In this document: positions 35,321 to 45,952 of the stretch, in pieces
How the letters are laid out: each line of letters begins with the position of its first letter
Position numbering within the stretch: the first letter of the stretch is position 1
Source: Planctomycetota bacterium
Lineage (GTDB): Bacteria; Planctomycetota; UBA1135; UBA2386
Direction of reading: 5' to 3'
DNA: 64,000 nt
Assembly: GCA_965223545.1 (NCBI GenBank)
Contig: OZ245006.1
Coordinates: forward strand, 2,240,001-2,304,000
Translations under genes and position numbers: made by a program
The notes under the pieces: generated by a model
The model's input: only the letters and a program-made list of their open reading frames with translations
Database searches by the model: none
What the model was told of the DNA's origin: nothing

Positions 35321-36733
35321 GTGGCGCGCGCGCTGGCATTCGCCGCCCTGGCGCTGAGCACCGCGTGCGCCAGCGACCCGATGCCGCAGATCCGCCGCGA
35401 CTTCGCGGCGGGGCGGTACGACGCTGCCCGCGACGCGTTGGCCGCGGCCGAAGCCGCGGCCGGCGGCGACCGACACGTCTACGCCTTGGAACGCGCCGTG
35501 ACGGAGCTGGCGGTCGGCGATCCGGACGCCGCCGAAGCAGCGCTACGCGCGGCGCGCGACCGCCTGGACGCGCTGCAGGGCGGCGGTGCTCTCGAGTGGC
35601 TCGGGGCGGTCTTGTTGGACGAGCGGCAGACCGACTACGCCGGCGCGGACTACGAAACCGTGCTGGTGCGCGCGCTGCTGGCGGTCGCCAACCTCATGCG
35701 CGGCGGCCGCGATGCCGGCGCCTACGCACTGCAAGTGCTGGAAGTGCAACGCGCGCTCATGGCCGCTTTCGAAGCCGGCGGCGAACACCCCAAGCAGGCC
35801 TACAAGCTGGTCGCCTTCGGCTCCTACCTGCGCGCGATCCTGGCCGAGGGCGACCCGCTGCGCCGCGACGCCGCGCGCCATGCCTACCAAGCGACGCTCG
35901 ACCTCGAGCCGCAGCTGCAGCTCGCGCACGATGGCCTCGCCCGCTCCACCGACGGCCAGCATTCGGCCCGCGGCAACGGCGTCGTCCACGTCCTCGCCTT
36001 GGTCGGCCGCGGCCCGTATCGGGTCGAGGTCGATGCCCCGGCAACGCGCGACGTGCTGGCCATCGCGCAGCTGGTGTGGGCGCAGATCCGCGGGCGGGTG
36101 ACGTTTCCCAACATCAGTCGCGTGCTGGTGCCCGCACTCGCGTTCCACGCCGACAACCCCACCGAGGTGCACGTCGAGGCCGACGGACGCTGGGCCGGCG
36201 TCGCGGAGGTCGTCACCGACGTCGAGCAGACCGCGCAACGCGAGTTCGAGGCGATGGGGCGCTTCATCACAGCCCGCGCAGTGCTGCGCCGCGTGGTCAA
36301 GATCGCCGTCACCGAAGGACTCAAGGAGGCGATCAATCCAAAGGAGCAGCGGCAGCGCTCTCGACCACGCAGCGGCGGCGACCCTCGACCGCGCCGGAAC
36401 CCGCCCCCGCGCGCCCAAGCCAACCCGCTCATCGATCTCGCCGTGTCGCTCGGCGGGTTGCTGTGGACCGCCGTCGAGCGCGCCGACCTGCGCTGCTGGA
36501 GCCTGCTGCCGGCCCGCTTCGCGGCTCTGCGCCTCGAGCTGCCGGTCGGTCTCCACCGGATCACCATCGTCGCCGGCGCCGGCGGCACTCCCGTCGGCGC
36601 ACCGCAGCACGTCGACGTGCTCGTGCGCGACGGCTTCAACAGCTATGTCCTGGCTCTCGTCCCGACGCTGCGCGGAGGGCCGCCGCCGCTGACTTCGGAC
36701 CCCTTCATCCTTCACCCCGACACCCGACCATGA
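35321..36733 (+). CDS. TPR-like lipoprotein (COG3014-like) downstream of the LpoB-like gene
   Basis: Lipobox STAC; DYAGADYETVL and ERADLRCWSLLP motifs recalled from this family. Confidence 0.65.
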   Translation: MARALAFAALALSTACASDPMPQIRRDFAAGRYDAARDALAAAEAAAGGDRHVYALERAVTELAVGDPDAAEAALRAARDRLDALQGGGALEWLGAVLLDERQTDYAGADYETVLVRALLAVANLMRGGRDAGAYALQVLEVQRALMAAFEAGGEHPKQAYKLVAFGSYLRAILAEGDPLRRDAARHAYQATLDLEPQLQLAHDGLARSTDGQHSARGNGVVHVLALVGRGPYRVEVDAPATRDVLAIAQLVWAQIRGRVTFPNISRVLVPALAFHADNPTEVHVEADGRWAGVAEVVTDVEQTAQREFEAMGRFITARAVLRRVVKIAVTEGLKEAINPKEQRQRSRPRSGGDPRPRRNPPPRAQANPLIDLAVSLGGLLWTAVERADLRCWSLLPARFAALRLELPVGLHRITIVAGAGGTPVGAPQHVDVLVRDGFNSYVLALVPTLRGGPPPLTSDPFILHPDTRP

Positions 36734-37068
36734 GCTCATCCATCTTCCGCGGCGCCGCCTCGCGTTCGTTCCTCACCGCATCGGCGTGCGTCTCGTTCGC
36801 ACTCCTCACCGGTTGTGCGTGGAGCAACCCACACGGCAGCCAGAGCCTCGAGCCCGTCCACCGCCTGGTCACCGAGCCGCGCGACGCCACCGTCCACCTG
36901 GAGCGCCTCAACCGCACCTACCGCGCCCCCTGTGACTTCCCGATGGACGTCTACGAGAGCGACGTCGTGCGCATCACCAAGGAGGGCTTCCTGCCGTTCG
37001 AAGGACCGCTCGGCTCCCTGCCCGAAGTCGCCCGCGGCACCCGCAAGTGCCTCCTCGCAAAACGCTAA
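36730..37068 (+). CDS. Small lipoprotein (possibly PEGA-like)
   Basis: LLTGC lipobox; ATGA overlap; VTEPRDATV...VRITKEGF. Confidence 0.6.
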   Translation: MSSSIFRGAASRSFLTASACVSFALLTGCAWSNPHGSQSLEPVHRLVTEPRDATVHLERLNRTYRAPCDFPMDVYESDVVRITKEGFLPFEGPLGSLPEVARGTRKCLLAKR

Positions 37069-37123
37069 CCGAACGTACGGAGCCAGGCTCCCATTCATCA
37101 CGGACGACCGCGGTCCGCGTGGC

Positions 37124-38254
37124 CTACGCCACCCGCAACCCGTCGCGCACGCCGCGGTCCCGGCTCACCCGCCAGATCTTCTGGTCGAGGTAGTAGTGGT
37201 GGAAGGCGAAGCCCCACCAAAACGCCACCGCCAACTCGGACACCGTGTATCCACTCCCCAGAGCCGTCGCGCTGACCGCGTTGGGGCCGGGGCCACCGGG
37301 GATGTCCTCCATGCCGGTGAAGAACCAGCTGGAGTAGCGCACCAAGAACGTGAAGAGCAGACCGGCGGCGTAGTAGGTCAAGAAGTTGCGGCTGACCGCC
37401 GTCGCCAGCCAACCGTGGCGCGCGCGCGCGTCGTCGCGGTGGTAGCGGTTGCGGTTGAAGTACCAAACGATGCCGTGGTACTGGATGTTGTGGTGGAAGG
37501 TCACCGCCACCGAGAACATCAGCAAGTCCAGCCGTTCGGCCACCGCCGGCACCATGCAGACCGTCCAATGCAGCGGCACGCACGACAGGAGAAACAGGTT
37601 CTTGACGCCGTTGACCGCTCGCCCGTGCTGCCACAACCACCACTGGCGCGCGAGGTAGAGCGCCGTGGCGCCACAGACGAGACCCTGTAGCAGTCGCAGC
37701 GCGATCAGGTCGCCGGCGCCGGGTGCCGCGCTCAGCAGCATCGCTTCCCTGGCCTGCGCGTTCACCAGGATGAAGCAGCCGAGCGGCGCGAGAATCGCCG
37801 TGTAGTAGAGCCAGTAGTCGAAGGCGTTGTCGCGGCCGGCGGGCTCGCCGCGCACCCGCTGGTACAGGCACATGAAGCCGTAGTGCTGGCGGACCACGTG
37901 CCAGTACGCCCACAAGTTGGCGAACACCAAGAACAGCAAGTACGGCTGCCGGCTACCCGCCCAAACCCCGAGGGCGACGGCGATCGGTCCCGGCAAGAAC
38001 CACAGCAGAGCGCCGAGGAACAGACCGCGGCGCTGCCGCCACTCCTCGGCGTCGCAATACGTTCGCGACAGCGTGCCGAACACGTGCGGCCCGTCGATCA
38101 GGACGACCCACGCCCACCACAGCACCATCACCGGCACTGCCAGCGCCAGGTTGAGATAGAGCAACAGGTAGGCCACCAGACCTGGGGCGATGTACCAGGC
38201 CAAGTCGAACCGCCGACCCGTGATCCAGCCAGTCTTGGACACCGAGGAGGTCAT
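37124..38254 (-). CDS. Polytopic membrane protein with His-rich motifs, function unknown
   Basis: DGPHVFGT, WHVVRQHYG, FHHNIQY, FHHYYLDQKIW; multiple TM segments. Confidence 0.75.
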   Translation of the reverse strand: MTSSVSKTGWITGRRFDLAWYIAPGLVAYLLLYLNLALAVPVMVLWWAWVVLIDGPHVFGTLSRTYCDAEEWRQRRGLFLGALLWFLPGPIAVALGVWAGSRQPYLLFLVFANLWAYWHVVRQHYGFMCLYQRVRGEPAGRDNAFDYWLYYTAILAPLGCFILVNAQAREAMLLSAAPGAGDLIALRLLQGLVCGATALYLARQWWLWQHGRAVNGVKNLFLLSCVPLHWTVCMVPAVAERLDLLMFSVAVTFHHNIQYHGIVWYFNRNRYHRDDARARHGWLATAVSRNFLTYYAAGLLFTFLVRYSSWFFTGMEDIPGGPGPNAVSATALGSGYTVSELAVAFWWGFAFHHYYLDQKIWRVSRDRGVRDGLRVA

Positions 38255-38352
38255 GGGGAAGCCCGCGTGCGTGCTGCCCACGGATTCTGCGGCTGCTCGC
38301 GGGAGCCGCCAACGGTTTTTGCACGGCGGCTCGCTGCTACCATCGGCTCGCG

Positions 38353-41070
38353 ATGTACCGGTGCCCCCAATGCGACACGGAGCTGAGCACGGCGACGGCG
38401 GCGTGCCCCCGCTGCGGGGCGGCGCCGGCGACGGCCCCGACCGAGGCCCTGGCCTCGACCCAGCCCTGGCCGCCACCGTCCGGTGGGGAGCCGACGGCGC
38501 CCGCCCGCGCGGACGAGATGCTGCGCCCCGGCGCCCTGCTGCTCGATCGCTACCGACTGCTGGCGCCGCTCGGCACCGGCGGCATGGGCACGGTCTACCG
38601 CGCCGAGGACCAGGTCCTCGGCCAGCAGGTCGCGCTCAAGTTCGTCGCGCCGCAGCTGTCCGAGAATCGCCAGGCGATCGAGGTGCTGGTCAACGAGGTC
38701 CGCACCGCGCGCCGGGTCACGCACGCCAACGTCTGCCGCGTACACGACCTCGGCGAGGTCGGCGGCCGCACGTTCATCAGCATGGAGCTGGTCGAGGGCG
38801 AGAACCTGTCATCGCTGCTGCGGCGCATCGGCCGGCCGTCGGCGGAGAAGTGCGCGCAGATCGCCCGCCAGCTGTGCGCCGGGCTGCACGCCGCGCACGA
38901 GCGCGGGGTCCTGCACCGCGACCTCAAGCCGGCCAACGTGATGCTGGATGCGAACGGCGACGTGCGCATCACCGACTTCGGCATCGCGGCGGCGGTCGAG
39001 ACTCTGCGCGACGAGGACGCCACGCCGGGCACTCCGGCCTACATGGCACCCGAGCTGTTCGGCGGCGCCACCGCCTCGGCACGCAGCGACGTGTACTCGC
39101 TCGGCCTGGTGTTGTTCGAGCTCTACACCGGCCGGCCGCTGTTTCGCGCCAGCTCGATGACCGAGCTCCTGCGCGCCCATCGCCAACCACCGATACCACC
39201 CTCCCACGTGGTGGCGGAGATCGACGATCGAGTCGAGCAGATCATCCTGCGCTGCCTGGCCGCCAACCCGCAGGAACGGCCGCGGTCCGCCATGGCGGTG
39301 CTGGCCGCGCTCCCTGGCGGCGACCCACTCGCCGCGGCGTTGGCGTCGGGCGAGACACCCTCCCCCGAGTTGATCGCGCAGGCCGGCGGCAGCGGCGTGC
39401 TGACCATGCGCGGTGCGGTGGCGATGGTGGTGACCACGATCCTCGGCGTGCTGCTGGCAGTGGCCCTCGAGGCCGACGTCAAGCTGATCGCGCGAAGCCC
39501 GCTGCCGCTGTCCGGACCCGTGCTCGCCGACCGCGCCGCGCGCATCCTCGAGCAGCTCGGCTACGCCGACGACGGCGGCTCCGTGGCGTGGGGCTTCGAG
39601 ATCGACCGGGCCTACGTCGACGCCATCGAGGCCCACTCCCCCACCGGCGACACTTGGCAGGAGCGGCTGTCGCGGGCGCGGCCAGCGGTGATGGACTTCT
39701 GGCTGCGCCGCGCGCCGCCGGACCAACGGCTGGAGGCCAACAACATCAAGGGTCGCGTGCAGCCCGACGACCCGCCGCTGACCCGGCCCGGCGAGGTGCG
39801 CCTTCGGCTCGACGGCGAGGGCCGTCTGCGCGCGCTGCAAGCGGTGCCGGCCGCGATCGCCGACCGACCGACGATCGAGGGCACCGGCGCGACGCGCAAT
39901 ACCGACCCAGGAGCGCCGGTCGACGCCGGCCCACTGTTCACGGCCGTGGGGCTCGACCCGAACCGGTTCGAAGAAGTCGAGCCGGCGCTGCTACCACGCA
40001 CCTACGCCGATCGACGGCGGGCTTGGCGCGGCGTCTACCCAGAACACCCCCAGCTGGCGGTCCGGCTGGAGGCGGCGTTCTTGGCCGGGCGACCGGTCAG
40101 CCTGCGCATCGTCGAGCAGCGGTGGCCCGACCGCAGCGACACCACCGGTGAGACGATTCCCCCGACGACGCGATCGTGGCGCTTCTTGTTGCGCGTCGCC
40201 TTGCTCGTGGCGATCGCCGCACTCGCCTGGCACGCCATGCGACGACGGCGGGGCGACCTGCGCGGCGCGCGCCGACTCGGCGCAACGATGGTCGTCACCG
40301 TCGTGCTCTTCACGGTGCTCGGTGGCGACTCCGGCGGCCACTGGAGCGGAATCGGCAATCTACTGGTCAAGGGGCTGATCCACGGCGTCGTGGTCGGCGC
40401 CGAGCTGGCCCTGTTCTACTTCGCGTTGGAACCGCACGTGCGGCGCCGGTGGCCGGAGACGATGATCTCCTGGTCGCGGCTGCTCACCGGGCGCTGGCGG
40501 GACCCGCTGGTCGGCCAGCACGTGTTGTTGGGGGCCGTGCTCGGTACCGCCGTGTTGTTGGTCGAGTATCTCCATTCGCTGGTGCCACGCTGGCTCGGCA
40601 CGATCGAGCCACGCCCCCTGCTGGTGCACCCCACCGGAGTCGACGCGCTCGCCGGGCCGTGGGCTTCGGCGAGCGCGTTCCTCGAGATCGCGGTCGACGC
40701 CACCCGCCAGGGCATGACGTTTTTTGCAGCGTTGGTCCTGGCCAAGCTCCTGCTGAAGAAGCCGCTGCTGGTGTTCGCCGCGAACGTCGCCGTGTGGACC
40801 GCGGTCTGGAGCGCTTCCGCCATGCAGGGAGCACCGCACGACCTGCTCCGGCACGCGATCCACGTCGCCGTCATCGCCGCGGTGATCACCGCGCTGGCGA
40901 TCCGCGCCGGCTTGCTGCCCCTGATCGTGGGCTTCATCATCGTCACCTTGCTGGGGTCGTTTCCGCTGCAGCTCGGCGGCAGCTGGTACGCAGGGGCCAC
41001 CTTGCTGCCGGTGGCCGCGCTCGCCATTGCCCTGGGCACCGCAGCACGCAGTGCGACGCGAGCGGTGTAG
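38353..41070 (+). CDS. Ser/Thr kinase with N-terminal zinc ribbon and polytopic C-terminus
   Basis: CPQC...CPRC; LGTGGMGTV, HRDLKPAN, DFGIA, GTPAYMAPE. Confidence 0.92.
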   Translation: MYRCPQCDTELSTATAACPRCGAAPATAPTEALASTQPWPPPSGGEPTAPARADEMLRPGALLLDRYRLLAPLGTGGMGTVYRAEDQVLGQQVALKFVAPQLSENRQAIEVLVNEVRTARRVTHANVCRVHDLGEVGGRTFISMELVEGENLSSLLRRIGRPSAEKCAQIARQLCAGLHAAHERGVLHRDLKPANVMLDANGDVRITDFGIAAAVETLRDEDATPGTPAYMAPELFGGATASARSDVYSLGLVLFELYTGRPLFRASSMTELLRAHRQPPIPPSHVVAEIDDRVEQIILRCLAANPQERPRSAMAVLAALPGGDPLAAALASGETPSPELIAQAGGSGVLTMRGAVAMVVTTILGVLLAVALEADVKLIARSPLPLSGPVLADRAARILEQLGYADDGGSVAWGFEIDRAYVDAIEAHSPTGDTWQERLSRARPAVMDFWLRRAPPDQRLEANNIKGRVQPDDPPLTRPGEVRLRLDGEGRLRALQAVPAAIADRPTIEGTGATRNTDPGAPVDAGPLFTAVGLDPNRFEEVEPALLPRTYADRRRAWRGVYPEHPQLAVRLEAAFLAGRPVSLRIVEQRWPDRSDTTGETIPPTTRSWRFLLRVALLVAIAALAWHAMRRRRGDLRGARRLGATMVVTVVLFTVLGGDSGGHWSGIGNLLVKGLIHGVVVGAELALFYFALEPHVRRRWPETMISWSRLLTGRWRDPLVGQHVLLGAVLGTAVLLVEYLHSLVPRWLGTIEPRPLLVHPTGVDALAGPWASASAFLEIAVDATRQGMTFFAALVLAKLLLKKPLLVFAANVAVWTAVWSASAMQGAPHDLLRHAIHVAVIAAVITALAIRAGLLPLIVGFIIVTLLGSFPLQLGGSWYAGATLLPVAALAIALGTAARSATRAV

Positions 41071-41113
41071 TGGACTGGTGGTCCGCGCCGGCAGCAGCTA
41101 CCCTCGCGCCCGC

Positions 41114-42229
41114 GTGTCGAACAGCATCTTCCACCGCCATCCTCGCCTGACGCTGCTGTGCGTCACCGCGGTCCTCTGCACGGGGCTGTTGTTCGCGGTC
41201 GAGGCGTTGTTGGCGCGCAACGCGCCGAGCGCCGGCGTCAGCTCGCACCGCTCGATTCGGCTGCGCGAGCACAAGCCGGGCCACGAAGAGTGGATCGACA
41301 TGCCCGCCGAGCTGCTGCGCGACCCGGATTCATTGACGACGGAACGCGTGCACCTCGCGGTCGACGAGAACGGCTTCATCGAGCCCTCCGTCGTGCACGA
41401 CGACCCCGAGCTCAGCGTCGTCTTCCTCGGCGGCTCGACGACCGAGTGCCTCTGGGTGCAGGAGGAGAATCGCTTTCCCTACGTCGTGGGCCGCTTGCTC
41501 GAGCAAGGCCCGCGCTACAGCCGCGTCAACAGCATCAACGCCGGCCGCTCCGCCAACCACTCGCTGCACTCGATCGCGGCCCTCATCGGCAAGGTCGTCC
41601 CGCTGCGGCCACAGGTGTGCGTGCTGCTGCACAACTGCAACGACCTGATGGTGCTGCTGCAGCACGAGACCTACTGGTCGACCCGGATCGCCTACCGCAA
41701 CATGCTCGAGCACCGGCGCCGGCAGGAGACCGTCGGCACGCGCACCAAGGACCTGGTGCGGCAGATGTTTCCCAACGTCCTCGAGCTGTTCTCGCCGACG
41801 ATGGTCGCCGACGACCTCGCCGCCCTGCGCGGACGCCAGGCGAACGTCGATCGCGCGTTCATCGAGTCCCACTTCAAGAGCAGCTTGACGACCTTCGTCG
41901 AGATCTGCCGCGCATGGGGCATTCGCCCGGTGTTGATGACGCAGGCCAACCGGATCACCGAGCAGCCCGACGCGCAGTTCGGTCACTTGCCGGAACGGCT
42001 GCGGCTGGACTTCGGTGTGGAATACTCCGAGTACCACGAGCTCTACCACTGGATGAACGCGCTGATCCGCGACGTCGGCCGCGCCGAAGACGTTGCGGTC
42101 GTCGATCTGGCGAGCCTCATCCCGCAGACGAAGGAGTTCGTCTACGACCCCTACCACCTCAACGACGCCGGTTCGCGCAAGGCAGCGGAGCACATCGCCG
42201 CGGCCTTGGTGACGATGTTGGCCGAGTAA
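41114..42229 (+). CDS. SGNH/GDSL-like hydrolase
   Basis: FLGGSTT, INAG, HNCND, DPYHLNDAG; N-terminal TM segment. Confidence 0.8.
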   Translation: MSNSIFHRHPRLTLLCVTAVLCTGLLFAVEALLARNAPSAGVSSHRSIRLREHKPGHEEWIDMPAELLRDPDSLTTERVHLAVDENGFIEPSVVHDDPELSVVFLGGSTTECLWVQEENRFPYVVGRLLEQGPRYSRVNSINAGRSANHSLHSIAALIGKVVPLRPQVCVLLHNCNDLMVLLQHETYWSTRIAYRNMLEHRRRQETVGTRTKDLVRQMFPNVLELFSPTMVADDLAALRGRQANVDRAFIESHFKSSLTTFVEICRAWGIRPVLMTQANRITEQPDAQFGHLPERLRLDFGVEYSEYHELYHWMNALIRDVGRAEDVAVVDLASLIPQTKEFVYDPYHLNDAGSRKAAEHIAAALVTMLAE

Positions 42230-42241
42230 GAGACGCGGCGC

Positions 42242-43570
42242 TTACTGCGCGGCCGTCTCGAGCCACTCGAGCCCCGCGCGGATCTGCGCGTGGGGATCAC
42301 CGTGCCAGCCGTGGCCTCCCTCGTACTCCACGAGGACGGTCTCCGCACCCGCCTTGGCCAAGCGGCGCACCGCGTCCTCTGCAAACCGCATGGGGATGAA
42401 ATCCTGCGGCGAGTGCAGCACGTAGTACGCCTTGCCCACGGCGCCGCGCAATGCAGGTAGCACCTTCGGCTTGAACACGCTCATGGCCACCATGCATCCG
42501 GCGAGCGGAGTCTTCGGCGTGAGGCTCGCCGAGTAGCACGGCGGTCCCCCCGAGGACCAGCCCAGCGCGAACACCTTGCGACGGTCGATCGGATGCCGTG
42601 CCGCGACATCAGCGACGACGGCGGCGATGAACTCCTCGGTCGTGAACTTCATCCCGTGCACGCGCGCCTTGCGCGTCGGCCAAACGATGCGATCGGCATC
42701 GTCGCCCCATCGCGGAGCGACCAGCTGCGCCACCAGATACCCCGGCGGCGCCGCGTGGCGAGCGATCGATTGCACGAACGGCCGAAACTCCGCCGATCCG
42801 TCGCCACCGGGCAGCACCAACAACAGCTTGAAGCCATCCGCGGGCGCCTCGCCAGCGGGACCGTGCAAGAAGTACTGCCGTTGCTCGTCGTCATCGATGC
42901 GCGTCGCCTCCGGCGACGGTGGCGCCTCGGCGCCAACCGGCAGCGCACCGGCGCGCACCGCCGGCTGCGGCGACAGCTTCAGCGCATCGGTCACCGCCAC
43001 GTCCTCGGCGACGTAGCGCGCCAAGACATCGTCGAACCAGACCTGCCCTGGTCCGTAGATCTGCAGCGCGACGCGCAACCGACGCGTGCCTTCCGGCACC
43101 GCCACGACCCCGCTGTACCACTGCCAGTCGTGGTCCGCGGGCGGATCCCCCACCCGGGTCGCCCCGACGTAGGCCGCCCAACAGTGGCCCGCCCCGCCCT
43201 GTGCATCCTCGAACTGCACATCGATCACCGCCTTGTGCGCCTTCGAAGCCTTGATCAGGGCACCGACGTGCACCCGACCGCGGCCATCCTCGTGCGGCAG
43301 CGTTTGCGTCCATTGGGCGATCGGGAAGTAGCGTTCGACGGTCTTGGCCAGGCCCAAGCTCCGGTCTCCACCAGCGCCGGCGTCAGCCCACACGAACTCG
43401 ACTCCGGGCGGCGGGTCGCTCCGTTGCCAGCCTGCCGGCGCGCCATCCCCGACCTCGGCCCCGGGGTTCTCCAGCAGGTTGTCGGCGGGCGATTGACCGG
43501 TGGACGTATCCGCCAAGAGCGCGGAACAAACGACGATCAGAGGCCAGTGCCAGGGGGCGATCTGTCGCAT
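42242..43570 (-). CDS. Secreted alpha/beta-hydrolase (esterase) with N-terminal carbohydrate-binding-like domain
   Basis: NLLENPGAE...GQVWFDDV domain; GWSSGG nucleophile motif; HSPQD; GGHGW. Confidence 0.78.
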   Translation of the reverse strand: MRQIAPWHWPLIVVCSALLADTSTGQSPADNLLENPGAEVGDGAPAGWQRSDPPPGVEFVWADAGAGGDRSLGLAKTVERYFPIAQWTQTLPHEDGRGRVHVGALIKASKAHKAVIDVQFEDAQGGAGHCWAAYVGATRVGDPPADHDWQWYSGVVAVPEGTRRLRVALQIYGPGQVWFDDVLARYVAEDVAVTDALKLSPQPAVRAGALPVGAEAPPSPEATRIDDDEQRQYFLHGPAGEAPADGFKLLLVLPGGDGSAEFRPFVQSIARHAAPPGYLVAQLVAPRWGDDADRIVWPTRKARVHGMKFTTEEFIAAVVADVAARHPIDRRKVFALGWSSGGPPCYSASLTPKTPLAGCMVAMSVFKPKVLPALRGAVGKAYYVLHSPQDFIPMRFAEDAVRRLAKAGAETVLVEYEGGHGWHGDPHAQIRAGLEWLETAAQ

Positions 43571-43757
43571 GCAATCAAACCCTCTGCAACGCGGAATCGC
43601 GGCGATCGGGCCGCCCGCCGACTCTACCACGATCGGCGGCCCCGCGACGAGCGCCTCGACCGTGCGCGGCGATGGTATGCTAGAAGGGTCTCTGCTGCTC
43701 CCGGCTGGCTGGGCGTCGCTCCGCCGTCGGCACGAGCACCCCCACACACCTCCCATC

Positions 43758-44846
43758 ATGCAGAAGATCTGGCTCTTGGCAGCGCTCTGCGCTGTCTCAG
43801 TACCGGTCCGCGCGCAGCCGGACCACTTCACCACCGCACCCGAGGGCTACGACTACGTCGAGGGCGACTCGGACAGCCGTGATCTGCTCGGCACCGAACC
43901 CCTCCTGCGCTACCAGCAGATCGACGGGACGATCCTGACGGACCTGCAGTCGCGCAACAAGATGGCGTTCCGGCGCGATGGTCGGCTGCCCGACAACTTC
44001 GACTACCTCGGCCGGACCATCGAGCTCGAGGTGGTGTTCTCGGAGTCCGACCTCGCGTCGATCTCCACCAACTTCGCCGCCAACTACAAGACCAACACGA
44101 CGACGGTGGTGTCTCGCAAGAAGATCGCCTTCGCCGACTGGAGCTTCGCACCGACCGTGCTGCCCGGAGGCGTGACCAACGTGCTGGCGCTCGACCAACT
44201 CTGGAGCTACCTGGGCAGGCCTGCCAGCGGCAACGACTTCCTCTGGGAGGTGCGGGTTTGGAGCAACACGATGGCGGGCAAGGATTACCCGTTCGACCTC
44301 GAGTACGTCGTGCCCAACGCGACCTTCGGGACACAGGCTCCGGCGATCAACGGCGGCGTGCAGCTGAGCGCCGGCTGCGCGATCGGCGCGGCCGCGCCGT
44401 TCGACCTACAGCTGGCACTGACCAATACCGGCAGTGCGCTGGGCTGGCAGTCGGACACCTACTTCGGCACGCCGGGCGCGCCGGTCGCGCTGCTGCTCGA
44501 CGGCATCGACCAACAGCTGCAGCTGCCCGGGCTGTGCTCCACCGTCCACGCTCTGGCGATGACCATCCCGCACGGCATCGCCGACGGCGCTGGCCACACG
44601 AGCGTCGGCTTCAACCTGCCGTACCGGCGCTCGCTGCTGGGAGCGACTCTGTTCGCGCAGGCCGCGACTCCCGATCTCGGCCAGCCTGGCACCGCCGTCG
44701 CGCTGACCGGCGGCCTCTCCGCCACCGTCCCGGCCGACCCGGCTCCACCGAAGGTGGGCCGCCTGTGGGCGCTCGATCCGAACGCCACCACGGCCACCAC
44801 CGGCCCACTGCCGGGTGGCATCATCATCTGGACCAACCATCAGTGA
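43758..44846 (+). CDS. Secreted hypothetical protein (paralog of the next gene) with shared C-terminal domain
   Basis: Signal peptide ending VRAQ; RYQQID, FRRDG and DYPFDLE shared with 44860-45948. Confidence 0.8.
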   Translation: MQKIWLLAALCAVSVPVRAQPDHFTTAPEGYDYVEGDSDSRDLLGTEPLLRYQQIDGTILTDLQSRNKMAFRRDGRLPDNFDYLGRTIELEVVFSESDLASISTNFAANYKTNTTTVVSRKKIAFADWSFAPTVLPGGVTNVLALDQLWSYLGRPASGNDFLWEVRVWSNTMAGKDYPFDLEYVVPNATFGTQAPAINGGVQLSAGCAIGAAAPFDLQLALTNTGSALGWQSDTYFGTPGAPVALLLDGIDQQLQLPGLCSTVHALAMTIPHGIADGAGHTSVGFNLPYRRSLLGATLFAQAATPDLGQPGTAVALTGGLSATVPADPAPPKVGRLWALDPNATTATTGPLPGGIIIWTNHQ

Positions 44847-44859
44847 GAGGGACCACGCG

Positions 44860-45948
44860 ATGACTCCACTGCGCTACGTATTTGCCGCCCTCGGCATCAC
44901 TGCACTGCTTCCCGCCGCACCTCAGGGCCCGGTCACGGCCAGCCCCGCGGGCATGCTCTACGTCGAGGGCGGCGGCGACAGCCGCGACGTGCTCGGCACT
45001 TTGGCCAAGACGCGCTACCAGCAGATCGACTCGACGCTCGTCTGGCCGCTGACCGGCATCCGCTCGCTGTCGCTGCGGCGCGACGGCCGGCTCGGCGCCG
45101 ACCCGGCCTATGGCGCCCGCACCGTCGACCTCGAGCTCATCTTGGCGGAGGGCGACATCAACAACTTCTCGCGCACCTTCGCCAACAACCACGTGGCCAA
45201 CGCGGTCACCGTGCTGCCGCGCAAGCAAGTGCAGTTTCCCGACTGGAGCGCCGCTCCCGGCCAGGTGCCGAGCAGCGCGCTGCTCACCCTGCCGTTCGCG
45301 CAGCCGTTCCACTACAGCGGCGCCTCGGTCAGCGGACGGGACCTGGTGTGGGACGTCAAGATCTACAGCAACAGCGCGGCCGGCAGCGACTACCCGTTCG
45401 ACTTGGAGCAGGTAGTGCCCAACGCGATCTTCGGCCAATTGGTGCCGACCCGCAGCGGCCACGTCGACCTCGGCTTCGGCTGTCAGGTGGCGACCGGCGA
45501 GTCCCACATGGACATCGACATCTGGAACTTCGGCTCCAAGTTCACCCTCGACGCGCACCTACACACCGCCGCCAACGCGCCGGTGATCCTCAACCTGGGC
45601 TTCTTCAACGCCGGCCTGAAGCCGCCCGGCTTCTGCGCCACGATCTTCGCTCTGCCCGGCATCGCCCTGCCGGTCGGCATGTCCAACGGCATCGGCGATA
45701 TGGACATCGACATCGACCCGATCCCGTACAACCCCGCCATCATCGGCATGGACGTCTACGCGCAGTGCGTCGCGCCCGATGCCAGCCAGCCGGGCGTGCC
45801 GCTGGCGCTGAGCAGTGGCGCGAAGATGACGATCCCCACCGACCCCCGCGGCCCCGCCATGGGACGGCTGTGGTCGACCGACCCGGCCGCTACTCGCGGC
45901 GCCAACGGCCCGTTCGCCGGGGGCATCGTCGCGCAGCTCGGGCAGTAG
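44860..45948 (+). CDS. Secreted hypothetical protein (tandem paralog)
   Basis: Colinear similarity to 43758-44846 over the whole length; GAGAGGG RBS. Confidence 0.8.
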   Translation: MTPLRYVFAALGITALLPAAPQGPVTASPAGMLYVEGGGDSRDVLGTLAKTRYQQIDSTLVWPLTGIRSLSLRRDGRLGADPAYGARTVDLELILAEGDINNFSRTFANNHVANAVTVLPRKQVQFPDWSAAPGQVPSSALLTLPFAQPFHYSGASVSGRDLVWDVKIYSNSAAGSDYPFDLEQVVPNAIFGQLVPTRSGHVDLGFGCQVATGESHMDIDIWNFGSKFTLDAHLHTAANAPVILNLGFFNAGLKPPGFCATIFALPGIALPVGMSNGIGDMDIDIDPIPYNPAIIGMDVYAQCVAPDASQPGVPLALSSGAKMTIPTDPRGPAMGRLWSTDPAATRGANGPFAGGIVAQLGQ

Positions 45949-45952
45949 AGCT

